Assembly (NCBI GenBank): GCA_965228595.1
Contig: OZ245828.1
Span: 5,255,846 to 5,279,845 of the forward strand
DNA from: Cyclobacteriaceae bacterium
GTDB lineage: Bacteria > Bacteroidota > Bacteroidia > Cytophagales > Cyclobacteriaceae
Length of the DNA stretch: 24,000 nt
Reading direction: 5' to 3'
The translations under genes were made by a program, and so were the position numbers. Positions 9,099 to 17,205 of this stretch are shown here, piece after piece. Positions within the stretch are counted from its first letter, which is position 1, and each line of letters starts with the position of its first letter. Under the pieces are notes generated by a model. That model did not search any database. It had not been told where the DNA came from and was given only the letters and a program-made list of their open reading frames with translations.

Positions 9099-9321
9099 AG
9101 ACAAACAGGTCGTCCCTACGGGACTCTTTTCGCTCCATGTAAGACTTCAATAATTGACACGTTCATTAAGGTTTAATGATAACATTCAGATCAGGCAGCC
9201 CTCTCAGCATGCGGCATTTTAATTTCAGCACATGAGCGTCGCACAAGCCATGAGGAAGACAAGCAAGGGAGAAAAGATTTATGGTTACAAAGGAAGCCCC
9301 AGCGGGGCGACCTGTTTGTAG
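9099..9321 (+). repeat. Unit B: inner box + hairpin + core + inverted inner box (GCCCC-AGC-GGGGC GACCTGTTTGTAG)
   Basis: The terminal 13-nt boxes CTACAAACAGGTC and GACCTGTTTGTAG are exact inverted repeats, and each is adjacent to a 5-bp-stem hairpin. Confidence 0.85.
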
Positions 9322-9346
9322 AAATTTACATTTGTTAGTGTGATTA

Positions 9347-9363
9347 GCCCCGTAGGGGCGGCC
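9347..9363 (-). repeat. Outer REP-like hairpin, inverted variant (GCCCC-GTA-GGGGC GGCC)
   Basis: It is the reverse complement of the outer hairpin, with one stem pair changed from T-A to C-G. Confidence 0.75.
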
Positions 9364-9441
9364 CGATGCTACATGTTGAACCTTAGCAAATGGTTCTAAT
9401 TGATTCAGATAATTTGGTTAAGTTTCAAGAAATATTGAAAG

Positions 9442-9903
9442 ATGGCAAATACCTATTCAAAAATCTACATTCAAATTGTCTTTGCAGTAAAAGGGCGTCA
9501 GAATTTAATACCGAAAGCCCATCGTGAAGAGCTACATAAATATATCTCAGGAATTGTCGACCGTAGGGATCAGAAATTATTATCCGTATTTTGTATGCCA
9601 GACCATACCCACCTGTTTGTGGGTATGAAGCCATCAGTCTCTGTATCTGATTTAACCAGGGATGTTAAGGCGGCTTCCTCCGGATTCATTTCTGATAATA
9701 ATTGGGTGAAAGGTAAATTTCAGTGGCAGGAGGGATTTGGAGCTTTTTCATATTCCAGAAGTCAGGTAGATACGGTCGCTGCTTATGTTTTGAATCAGGA
9801 AGAACATCATCGTAAGCAGACCTTTAGGGAAGAATACATTGACTTCTTGAATAAATTCAATGTTCAATTTGATGAAAAATACTTGTTTGACTGGATTGAA
9901 TAA
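9442..9903 (+). CDS. REP-associated tyrosine transposase (RAYT; IS200-like HUH/Y1 family)
   Basis: 153 aa. It has an HUH motif (PDHTHLFV), a catalytic Tyr motif (AAYVLNQEEHH) and the N-terminal IYIQIVFAVKGRQ strand typical of Y1 transposases. There is no tnpB partner, and the gene is flanked by REP-like hairpins. Confidence 0.88.
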   Translation: MANTYSKIYIQIVFAVKGRQNLIPKAHREELHKYISGIVDRRDQKLLSVFCMPDHTHLFVGMKPSVSVSDLTRDVKAASSGFISDNNWVKGKFQWQEGFGAFSYSRSQVDTVAAYVLNQEEHHRKQTFREEYIDFLNKFNVQFDEKYLFDWIE

Positions 9904-9911
9904 TAAAATCA

Positions 9912-9928
9912 GGCCGCTCCTACGGAGC
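9912..9928 (+). repeat. Outer REP-like hairpin, forward copy immediately 3' of the RAYT gene
   Basis: Identical to 8857-8873. Confidence 0.8.
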
Positions 9929-9950
9929 TAACTGCGATTCATCAATGATT

Positions 9951-10164
9951 CTACAAACAGGTCGTCCCTCCGGGACTCGTTTGGCTCCATGTAAGACTTC
10001 AATGATTGATATGTTCATGAAGGTTTAAATAAACAACATTCAGGTCTGATAGCCCTCACATCATACGGCATTTCATGAGCGTCAAACAGGCCATGAGGAA
10101 GACAAGCAAGGGAGAAAAGATTTATGGTTACAAAGGAAGCCCCAGCGGGGCGACCTGTTTGTAG
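9951..10164 (+). repeat. Unit C: inner box + hairpin + diverged core + inverted inner box
   Basis: Same architecture as unit B. The right-hand ~75 nt are identical to B. The left and middle parts carry many substitutions and a net deletion of about 9 nt. Confidence 0.85.
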
Positions 10165-10188
10165 ATAATATCAGTTAAAGGAAGAACA

Positions 10189-10205
10189 GCTCCGTAGGAG
10201 CGGCC
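10189..10205 (-). repeat. Outer REP-like hairpin, inverted (GCTCC-GTA-GGAGC GGCC)
   Basis: Exact reverse complement of 8857-8873. Confidence 0.8.
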
Positions 10206-10329
10206 TGTAGATGCTTCTCTAAATAAATTGTCTGGTGATGGCTATGCTGTTGCTAAGTATGCCCTGATCAACCCACATATACGATGTAAAAGTGGTGGTC
10301 TTTTAATTAATTAAGTGCCTTAATAGGCC

Positions 10330-10680
10330 TTAGAAGAAGGAACCAAATACAATATTTTGAGCCAGCTGATCAGAGTCATCTTCCAGGATGATGTCCAGGT
10401 TGGATTGCTTGTTGTTGACCTTTTGTTCAATTGTTTTTAACCCAATGAAGGAATAAATAAGTGTAGCATTTTCAGGAACCTCCAGCTTGTATTCTCCCTT
10501 TGAATTGGTAAGGGCTGCTAAGTCAGTTCCTTTTATTTGGATGGTAACACCCTCGAGGGTTTTGCCATTTTGATCTTTGACCACACCGCTGACAACAACG
10601 TCAGCAGATGCCTGATAGGATAATTGCAACAGAGCTATTACAATTACCATTTTCGTAGCAGTATTTTTAATAAACCTCAT
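10330..10680 (-). CDS. Small secreted carboxypeptidase-regulatory-like (CarboxypepD_reg) domain protein
   Basis: It has a signal peptide. The sequence VSGVVKDQNGKTLEGVTIQIKGT....TNSKGEYKLEVP matches the N-terminal domain of SusC-type receptors, but there is no plug or barrel. Confidence 0.7.
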   Translation of the reverse strand: MRFIKNTATKMVIVIALLQLSYQASADVVVSGVVKDQNGKTLEGVTIQIKGTDLAALTNSKGEYKLEVPENATLIYSFIGLKTIEQKVNNKQSNLDIILEDDSDQLAQNIVFGSFF

Positions 10681-10933
10681 ATACCAGCTTTCAATTACAA
10701 TGCAAAGTAAGGTTAAAATTGAATAAAATTCAATATCTCACCCTGTTATATATGGTATTCGCAAAAATGTGAAGTGTTTTTTACACGTTCACACATGTCA
10801 TTAGGATTGCAACCCTGTTGTAATAAAATATTGCAAAATGCATTTCGCGCGAAAGGGCTATAAACCTCATGTATTTGTGGATAAATGTTTATTTTAGAAA
10901 ACCTACATTTCCCGAACACATCAACACCGAATC

Positions 10934-12025
10934 ATGAATGCCCCATCACAGAATAAAAGAAACAACCGCAGAGACTTTTTGATAAAAGCAGGGTTATTGG
11001 TTGGAGGTTTACACTACGGGCAAATCGCGCCAGCCTTCAACATCATTCATAAAAAAAAACTCCCTGATGAAATCATCGGACATGGAGAATTTCGCTATAA
11101 GGTTGATAAGCATTGGTGTCAGGCTAGTGCAGCAACGACCCCGGTCACGAATTGTCATGAAATGATAGAGGACCGACAGGGCAGACTGATACTACTCACT
11201 GATCATCCTAAAAACAACATCATCATTTTTGATAAATCCGGGAAAGTACTTACTACGTGGACACTGAACCTAAAAATGGGTCATGGTTTAACCATTCATG
11301 ATGAGAATGGTGAAGAGTTTCTCTACATCACAGATGGCAGTGCTGGAGAGGTATATAAGACCACCCTGGATGGAAAGGTAGTATTGCAACTTCCCAGACC
11401 CGATCAGCTGGGGATTTATGCGGAGTGTGATAAATACAGACCTACAGAGACAGCCATAGGACCGAATGGGGATATCTATGTTGCTGACGGTTATGGCTCA
11501 CAGTATATCCTGAGGTTTGACAATAAGGGTAATTATCTGAGTAAGTTTGGAGGAAGTAGTTTCCAGGATAAAAAGAGATTCAAAGAAGCACATGGCATTG
11601 CACTCGATAACCGAGACAAACAAAACCCCACCTTACTGGTAACTGCCAGGATCAAGAATACCTTTAAGCGATTCACTTTGGACGGAGAACATCTGGAAGA
11701 TATCTACCTGCCTGGCGCGTATATCAGCAGACCGGTTATTCAGGGTGACACATTGTATTCAGGGGTGTGCTTTGGAATGACCAGGCATGATTTTAATCTG
11801 CAGAACAACCTGGGGTTTGTAACCATTCTCAACAAGGAAGGTAGGGTGGTCTCCAACCCCGGTGGCACCCGGCCCAAATACAAAGACGGACATCTCATGC
11901 CGCTCTTTCAGGACCAGCCTATTTTCAAACATTGTCATGATGTGTGTGTAGATCGGGATGAAAATTTGTATGTGTGCCAATGGAAAGCGGATGGCGTTTA
12001 CCCTTACAAACTCCACCGGATTTGA
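10934..12025 (+). CDS. TAT-signal NHL-repeat / six-bladed beta-propeller protein (peptidyl-hydroxyglycine lyase-like)
   Basis: The N-terminus has a twin-arginine motif (NRRDFLIKAG). NHL-like blades are present (GPNGDIYVADGYGSQYILRFDNKGNYL; LYVCQW). Confidence 0.75.
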   Translation: MNAPSQNKRNNRRDFLIKAGLLVGGLHYGQIAPAFNIIHKKKLPDEIIGHGEFRYKVDKHWCQASAATTPVTNCHEMIEDRQGRLILLTDHPKNNIIIFDKSGKVLTTWTLNLKMGHGLTIHDENGEEFLYITDGSAGEVYKTTLDGKVVLQLPRPDQLGIYAECDKYRPTETAIGPNGDIYVADGYGSQYILRFDNKGNYLSKFGGSSFQDKKRFKEAHGIALDNRDKQNPTLLVTARIKNTFKRFTLDGEHLEDIYLPGAYISRPVIQGDTLYSGVCFGMTRHDFNLQNNLGFVTILNKEGRVVSNPGGTRPKYKDGHLMPLFQDQPIFKHCHDVCVDRDENLYVCQWKADGVYPYKLHRI

Positions 12026-12230
12026 TTGATTTTGTGCAATTTTTGCTTCAATATGCTGTTTTGTTTAACTAAAGTATTACTTCTTTAACTAAGGGTATAT
12101 ATTGCTATATATCAGCATGTTATGAAAGTTAATTAAAGTAGGTAGAACTGATTTGAAGCTTTCACTTAGGTTTGGGGTAGATACTATAATTTTCTATTTA
12201 ACAACGAATCAGAGAGATGTGATATCGGAC

Positions 12231-12293
12231 GCTCCTACGGAGCTAATCTTTATTCAATTCTAGATTCTACAGACAGGTCGTCCCCAATGGGAA
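12231..12293 (+). repeat. Solo REP doublet (outer hairpin + inner box/hairpin, no core)
   Basis: GCTCC-TAC-GGAGC at 12231-12243 is followed by a 23-nt spacer. Then comes CTACAGACAGGTCG plus a degenerate hairpin TCCC-CAAT-GGGA (12267-12293). The spacing matches the modules at the RAYT locus. Confidence 0.7.
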
Positions 12294-12436
12294 TTCCTTC
12301 GTTCAATTGATCTTTATTAATAGACAGATATAGGACGTCTACCTGGATAAAAAGAAAGTCTGAAATTTAGTGCGCTGTTTTAAAACTTCGGACTCTGATT
12401 TGTTTAGGTAATCATCCTATGAATACTACTGGACTA

Positions 12437-13057
12437 TTATCTTGCCTTGCTAAGTTCGCTGGTGATCTTATTCCTCACCCAGAGTCCGAAAACAAATAAC
12501 CAAAGTATGGCTCCTTCCAGGAAAAATACAAGAGGTGGCCAGATCCACTTTAGCGCCAGAAAATAGATAATCAATCCACCTTCTGCGATCCAGATGTATA
12601 GTCCAATCCTGGTTAGTAGTGGGTATGGAAGTGGTAAATTAAAAGTATACCTGAGATGCCATCCCAGGAGTGCAAAAAAGGCTATTGCATGTGCAATATG
12701 AAAATACCCGGTCCATTCGGTTTGGCCAGGGGCATGCGTAGGTACCAGGGCTACTAGTAAAGTAATGGTCCCGGTACCCACCAACATCACCAGGCTTTGG
12801 CTCGAAGTAAAACCATATAGAATGAATGTGGCACCAAAAAGGATGAGAAAAATCAGGAATAAAAACTTAACCTCAGAATAGTAGTATGAGCTGATAGAAG
12901 ACAACAATACCTGATCTGCACCCAATAACCATTGGCCAAGCGGCAATATAATTGGTAGTATCAATGCCAACAGGCCAAGTATGATTCGTAGGGTTTGTTT
13001 GGGGATAGGAATTTTCATAAGAGCTAAAGTTAAGCGTTTTAAGTCATAAATTAGCAT
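12437..13057 (-). CDS. Hypothetical multi-pass membrane protein
   Basis: 206 aa with about 6 hydrophobic segments. An alternative start (MKIPIPKQ) lies at 13018. I do not recognise the family. Confidence 0.65.
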   Translation of the reverse strand: MLIYDLKRLTLALMKIPIPKQTLRIILGLLALILPIILPLGQWLLGADQVLLSSISSYYYSEVKFLFLIFLILFGATFILYGFTSSQSLVMLVGTGTITLLVALVPTHAPGQTEWTGYFHIAHAIAFFALLGWHLRYTFNLPLPYPLLTRIGLYIWIAEGGLIIYFLALKWIWPPLVFFLEGAILWLFVFGLWVRNKITSELSKAR

Positions 13058-13103
13058 GGTATAAAACCTGTAAATTGTCCAATAGAAAAGAAGATATTAA
13101 TTC

Positions 13104-13874
13104 ATGGAAAAGCTTAGTTACTCCAAAGAATACACGAAACTATCACGGGAGTTGGTGTATATGCAGGAGTGGATCAAGAGTCAGGGGCTCAAAGTAGTCG
13201 TGCTTTTTGAAGGAAGGGATGCCTCAGGGAAGGGAGGAGCCATCAAGCGAATCCTGGAACCATTAAATCCCCGGGTATGTAAAGTAGTGGCACTTGGGAT
13301 TCCGACAGAACGGGAAAAAAGCCAGTGGTATTTTCAGCGGTATGTCGAGCACCTTCCTGCAGCAGGGGAGATGGTGCTCTTCGACCGAAGCTGGTACAAC
13401 CGGGCGGGAGTGGAAAAGGTCATGGGGTATTGTACCCAGGAGGAATATGAGGAGTTTCTACGATCCTGTCCGGAATTTGAGCGCATGATCATAAGATCAG
13501 GGATTATTCTGATCAAATACTGGTTTTCCGTCAGTGACGAAATTCAGGAGCAAAGATTCAGAGAACGTATTGACAATCCTGTGAAAAGATGGAAATTCAG
13601 TCCTATGGACCTCAGGTCGAGGGAGAAGTGGCTGGAGTATTCCAAAGCCAAGGATGAGATGTTTGCCTACACAGACACCAAACAATCACCCTGGTATGTG
13701 GTGAATGGAGACAATAAGCGCAAGGCGCGTCTCAACTGCATCGCTCATCTGCTGACCCAGGTGCCTTATCAAAAAAAGAAATATAAAAAGATTCAGCTTC
13801 CGCCATTACCCGATGATCATGAATACCTACGACCACCCGTAGACTATCAGACTTTTGTGCCGGAAAAATATTAG
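13104..13874 (+). CDS. ppk2: Polyphosphate kinase 2 (single-domain PPK2)
   Basis: Walker A-like FEGRDASGKGG is present, together with the FDRSWYNRAGVE and WKFSPMDL motifs characteristic of PPK2. Confidence 0.9.
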   Translation: MEKLSYSKEYTKLSRELVYMQEWIKSQGLKVVVLFEGRDASGKGGAIKRILEPLNPRVCKVVALGIPTEREKSQWYFQRYVEHLPAAGEMVLFDRSWYNRAGVEKVMGYCTQEEYEEFLRSCPEFERMIIRSGIILIKYWFSVSDEIQEQRFRERIDNPVKRWKFSPMDLRSREKWLEYSKAKDEMFAYTDTKQSPWYVVNGDNKRKARLNCIAHLLTQVPYQKKKYKKIQLPPLPDDHEYLRPPVDYQTFVPEKY

Positions 13875-14004
13875 GTAAAGGAGTTGAAACGATCGTGATC
13901 TCAGACCCAAGTTAAAATTCTGCTATAATTTGAAAGAAATTAGCGTTGCTTAATGAAGAAAATAGCGTGATTTGCGTTTAAATAATTCCTATTCATTCAG
14001 GCAC

Positions 14005-16464
14005 ATGAGATATACTTTTCTATTCATCCTTTTTCTCTCTTTCTTCATTTCCCAGGCACAGACTGGCGTAAAAGGAAAACTCGTGGATCCCACGGCTGAT
14101 GAACCACTTCCTTATGCCAGTGTTGCCCTGTACCAGAGTGCCGATAGTTCACTAGCAGGGGGAGCCGTATCCACTTTTGACGGGTCCTTTGAGATCCGGG
14201 ATATCAAACCTGGGACCTATTACCTCAAAGCGCACTTTATGGGGTTTGACGAGCAAACCCTTGAAAACATTACCGTTTCGAGGAATAAGCTGTCAGATAT
14301 TGGAACGGTGGCGATGCAAGCCAATCAGAAGTTCCTCGACGAAATTGAGATTACCGGGGAGACGGTAACCATGCTTTCCAAAGCAGATCGCCAGGTCTTT
14401 GAAGCCGGAAAATTCCAGTCGAGCACGGGAGGCACCGCCACCGATGTATTGCGTAATCTCCCTTCTGTGACCGTAAATGCCAATGGGGAAATCTCCGCCC
14501 GGGGATCCACCGGGTTTGTAGTGCTCATCAATGGGAAGCCGGTTCAATCGGATCCACAGATGATCCTGAATCAATTACCAGCTAATGCCATCGAAAACAT
14601 CGAGCTGATCACTGCACCTTCGGCCAAATATGACCCGGAAGGAAAAGGAGGGATCATCAATGTGATCACGAAACAAGGTGCTGCTGACAACACCTACATG
14701 CAGATCAATGCCCGACTGGGGGCACCCAGTATTGAAAACTATGACAATGCGGAATATGCTCAGCGTCATGGTGGCGATTTTACACTGAACCACAGATCAG
14801 GCGACTGGGACATCTCTGCGGGACTGAGTTACCAGCGCAATGACCTTACAGGTAGACGGGTAGGCGAAGTTTACACGGTACGAAATGATACGACGGTTTA
14901 TTTCCCATCCAATGGGGAACGTAGTTTTGATGAAGTGAATTATTCCGGCAGGTTTACCCTGGGCTATAATCCCAACCCAAAGAACGCTTTCAACCTGGGG
15001 TTCTTCGCCGGTAAGCGGAGCAAGGATCGAACCGCAGACATCGTGTATTATGATAATCACGCTATTTACAATAATCAGCGACTATATACTATTCAGTACT
15101 ACAATGAGAACCTGCGTATCCGTCGTGGGGATTTTGTACTGGGAAGCCTGGATTATGGTCATTCTTTTGATAATGGCTCAAGACTTTCTTCATCATTCCT
15201 GTATGAATATACCTTACTCGGTGGTCCTACCACCAACAGAAACCTGGGCTATCCGGAAACATCCGTCATCTATCAGGATGAGTACAACACCAATGATAAT
15301 CCCCTTTACGGAACTCGTTTTCAGCTGGACTATACTTCCAAACCCTTGTCCTTTGGAAAGGTGGAAGCCGGGTATCAATTCCGAAACCTCGATCATACCG
15401 GAGACTTTGTCTATGAGCGAAGAAATAACAACACCGGGGAGTTTGAGTTGGTCCCGGAGTTCTCCAGTAATGTAAACCTGTTGAGGTCGATCCATTCGGG
15501 TTATGTCCAGTATTCCGGGAAATCAGGTCAGGTGAGCTATGGTGCCGGGCTGAGAGTGGAATATATGGACCGGGAGCTGGAGCTGAAAGACAAAGCAGGG
15601 ACCATCGACACGATGTATTATTACGATTTTATCAAACCTTTCCCTTCTGCCAACATCCAGTATGATGTAGGAGAGGGGTTGACGGTGAAAGGTGCCTACA
15701 GTCGAAGGATCGAGCGTACGACCACCTTTAAGATGAACCCTTTTCCTGAGCGGGAACACTCAGAAACCCTTGAGCAGGGAGACCCTGAGTTGTTACCAGA
15801 GTTTATTGATCTGGTAGAACTAGGGTTGATCAAGAATTTTTCGGATCACAGCATTTATGCCACAGCTTATTTTCGCAGTGTTAAGAATGTCGTGAACAGG
15901 GTAAACAATATCTACAACGACACCATCCTCAATAGGATTTATTCCAATGTGGGTGATGCGGCATCTGTGGGTCTTGAGGTAGGATCTGACCTTCAGCTTA
16001 CGGACAAGTGGAATGCCTTTATCGGAGGTAACCTGTTTCATTATACCATCGATGGAATGTTTGATGAATATCCCATCAATACATCCAGCTGGATCTACAA
16101 CATCAACATGAACACGACCTTGAATTTCACGAAAGATTTCAGTCTGCAGTGGACCCTCAACTACATTTCGGACCGTATCACTGCGCAGGGGAAAGATTCA
16201 AGATACCTGTCGCCCAACCTGACGCTGCAGAAGACGTTCCTGGATGACCGGCTCACAGCGACCCTACAATGGCTCAACATGGACATGGGACTGTTGGATA
16301 CGAATGAGCAGCGTATCACGACCTGGAGAGATGGGGAGTTTTATACCACCACTAATTATGTGTACGAAGTAGACATGGTGATCCTCAACCTGAGCTATAC
16401 ACTCTATAGCGGCAAGAACCGGGCACGGTTTATTAAGAGTGAGTTTGGAGCACAGGAGTTTTGA
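14005..16464 (+). CDS. TonB-dependent outer-membrane receptor with N-terminal CarboxypepD_reg domain
   Basis: The signal peptide is MRYTFLFILFLSFFISQAQ. It is followed by a carboxypeptidase-regulatory-like domain, a plug (VLRNLPSVTV...GEISARG) and a long beta-barrel with an aromatic C-terminus (..GAQEF). I prefer the ATG at 14005 to the TTG at 13972. Confidence 0.88.
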   Translation: MRYTFLFILFLSFFISQAQTGVKGKLVDPTADEPLPYASVALYQSADSSLAGGAVSTFDGSFEIRDIKPGTYYLKAHFMGFDEQTLENITVSRNKLSDIGTVAMQANQKFLDEIEITGETVTMLSKADRQVFEAGKFQSSTGGTATDVLRNLPSVTVNANGEISARGSTGFVVLINGKPVQSDPQMILNQLPANAIENIELITAPSAKYDPEGKGGIINVITKQGAADNTYMQINARLGAPSIENYDNAEYAQRHGGDFTLNHRSGDWDISAGLSYQRNDLTGRRVGEVYTVRNDTTVYFPSNGERSFDEVNYSGRFTLGYNPNPKNAFNLGFFAGKRSKDRTADIVYYDNHAIYNNQRLYTIQYYNENLRIRRGDFVLGSLDYGHSFDNGSRLSSSFLYEYTLLGGPTTNRNLGYPETSVIYQDEYNTNDNPLYGTRFQLDYTSKPLSFGKVEAGYQFRNLDHTGDFVYERRNNNTGEFELVPEFSSNVNLLRSIHSGYVQYSGKSGQVSYGAGLRVEYMDRELELKDKAGTIDTMYYYDFIKPFPSANIQYDVGEGLTVKGAYSRRIERTTTFKMNPFPEREHSETLEQGDPELLPEFIDLVELGLIKNFSDHSIYATAYFRSVKNVVNRVNNIYNDTILNRIYSNVGDAASVGLEVGSDLQLTDKWNAFIGGNLFHYTIDGMFDEYPINTSSWIYNINMNTTLNFTKDFSLQWTLNYISDRITAQGKDSRYLSPNLTLQKTFLDDRLTATLQWLNMDMGLLDTNEQRITTWRDGEFYTTTNYVYEVDMVILNLSYTLYSGKNRARFIKSEFGAQEF

Positions 16465-16532
16465 TGTAGTCCAGTTTACGTCTGTGGGCCTTAGTGGCAA
16501 TAAATAATTTTGGCCACCAAGACTCGAAGGCA

Positions 16533-16607
16533 CGAAGTAACTGGAGAATTACTTTTCAGTTTGAAGATGGAGATGCCCTGGATGTTACACTAGAAGATTA
16601 TCATTGA
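16533..16607 (+). pseudogene. higB: higB-type toxin remnant (C-terminal ~24 codons only)
   Basis: It translates to RSNWRITFQFEDGDALDVTLEDYH*, matching the conserved C-terminus of HigB 'killer' toxins. The frame upstream is not toxin-like, has no start codon and runs into a stop at 16467-16469. The remnant abuts the antitoxin ATG by 1 nt. Confidence 0.6.
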
Positions 16608-16608
16608 T

Positions 16609-16907
16609 ATGGGAAAAATGCTAAAACCCGTTCACCCGGGAAGAATAATAAGAGATGATTACATGGAACCCCTTGACTTAACGATGGGAGCACTTGCTGA
16701 GGCCCTTGGAGTAACCAGGCAAACCATGGTAAAGATTGTAAATGGAAAAGCCGGGATAAGCCCCGAAATGGCATTAAGACTTTCGAAGCATTTGATACTA
16801 CACCTGATTTATAGTTAGCCATGCAAAGAAACTATGATCTCAGTCTGGCAAAAGAAAAATTCTCACCTGACAGTATTGTAAAGAAACTGTTTATTAATAC
16901 TTTTTAG
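16609..16907 (+). pseudogene. higA: higA-type HTH antitoxin, disrupted by a frameshift and a nonsense codon
   Basis: The N-terminal 60 aa are HigA-like (PVHPGRIIRDDYMEPLDLTMGALAEALGVTRQTMVKIVNGKAGISPEMALRLSK). The expected continuation AFDTTPDL(W)LAMQRNYDL is in another frame after about 16785, and the Trp codon is replaced by TAG. Confidence 0.7.
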
Positions 16908-16987
16908 TTTAATACAGACTGCAATGACGGTCAAGCTTTCCATCACTGCATCACGATTAGCCTTTAGATCCTATTTCTTTTTTTATA

Positions 16988-17047
16988 AGATCCCTGCCTT
17001 CCCACAGGCAGCTTCATCCCGTTTAACTAGGCTCTGGATGACATTGA
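16988..17047 (+). repeat. Degenerate member of the 'AGATyC ... CTTC..CGTT..GGATGAC' hairpin-repeat family
   Basis: AGATCC-CTGCCT-TCCCAC-AGGCAG-CTTCATCCCGTT...GGATGACATT aligns by eye with 20491-20540 and with the left arm of the GIY-YIG flanking repeats. Confidence 0.5.
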
Positions 17048-17205
17048 GTTGTTTGTTTTTGGTCTCACAGAGAAGTGGATGACGCAAAATTGTTTATTGT
17101 CTGTTCGCTTAAAGGTATCACTCAATCCATTTTCAACCAATTCATCACTCATCGGGTCTGGTTACAGGTGAATTTTTTTAATAATTATCAAAAACTCAAA
17201 ATATC

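Larger units (their letters stand above)
8834..10205 (+). mobile_element. RAYT locus (REPtron-like): HUH/Y1 gene plus flanking composite hairpin/core modules
   Basis: The same module is found left (8857-9363) and right (9912-10205) of the 9442-9903 gene. Its order is outer hairpin, inner box plus hairpin, core, inverted inner box, inverted outer hairpin. Confidence 0.8.

Noticed and set aside
8897-9321. The 202-bp tandem duplication as a possible CRISPR array or satellite
   Set aside because: There are only two units, the period is far too long, and there is no repeat-spacer alternation. It is a duplication of the RAYT-associated unit.
9425-9634. 69-aa minus-strand ORF overlapping the RAYT 5' end
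   Set aside because: It is antisense to a gene with clear HUH and Tyr motifs, and has no features of its own.
10330-10680. CarboxypepD_reg mini-protein as an N-terminal stump of a SusC-like receptor truncated by the adjacent REP module
   Set aside because: The sequence downstream of its stop does not translate to plug-like sequence in any frame I tried. Stand-alone proteins of this domain are common, so I kept it as an ordinary small CDS.
15050-15475. 141-aa + strand ORF in an alternative frame within the TonB-dependent receptor
   Set aside because: It overlaps the receptor barrel region in another frame, and the receptor frame has coherent beta-barrel sequence throughout.
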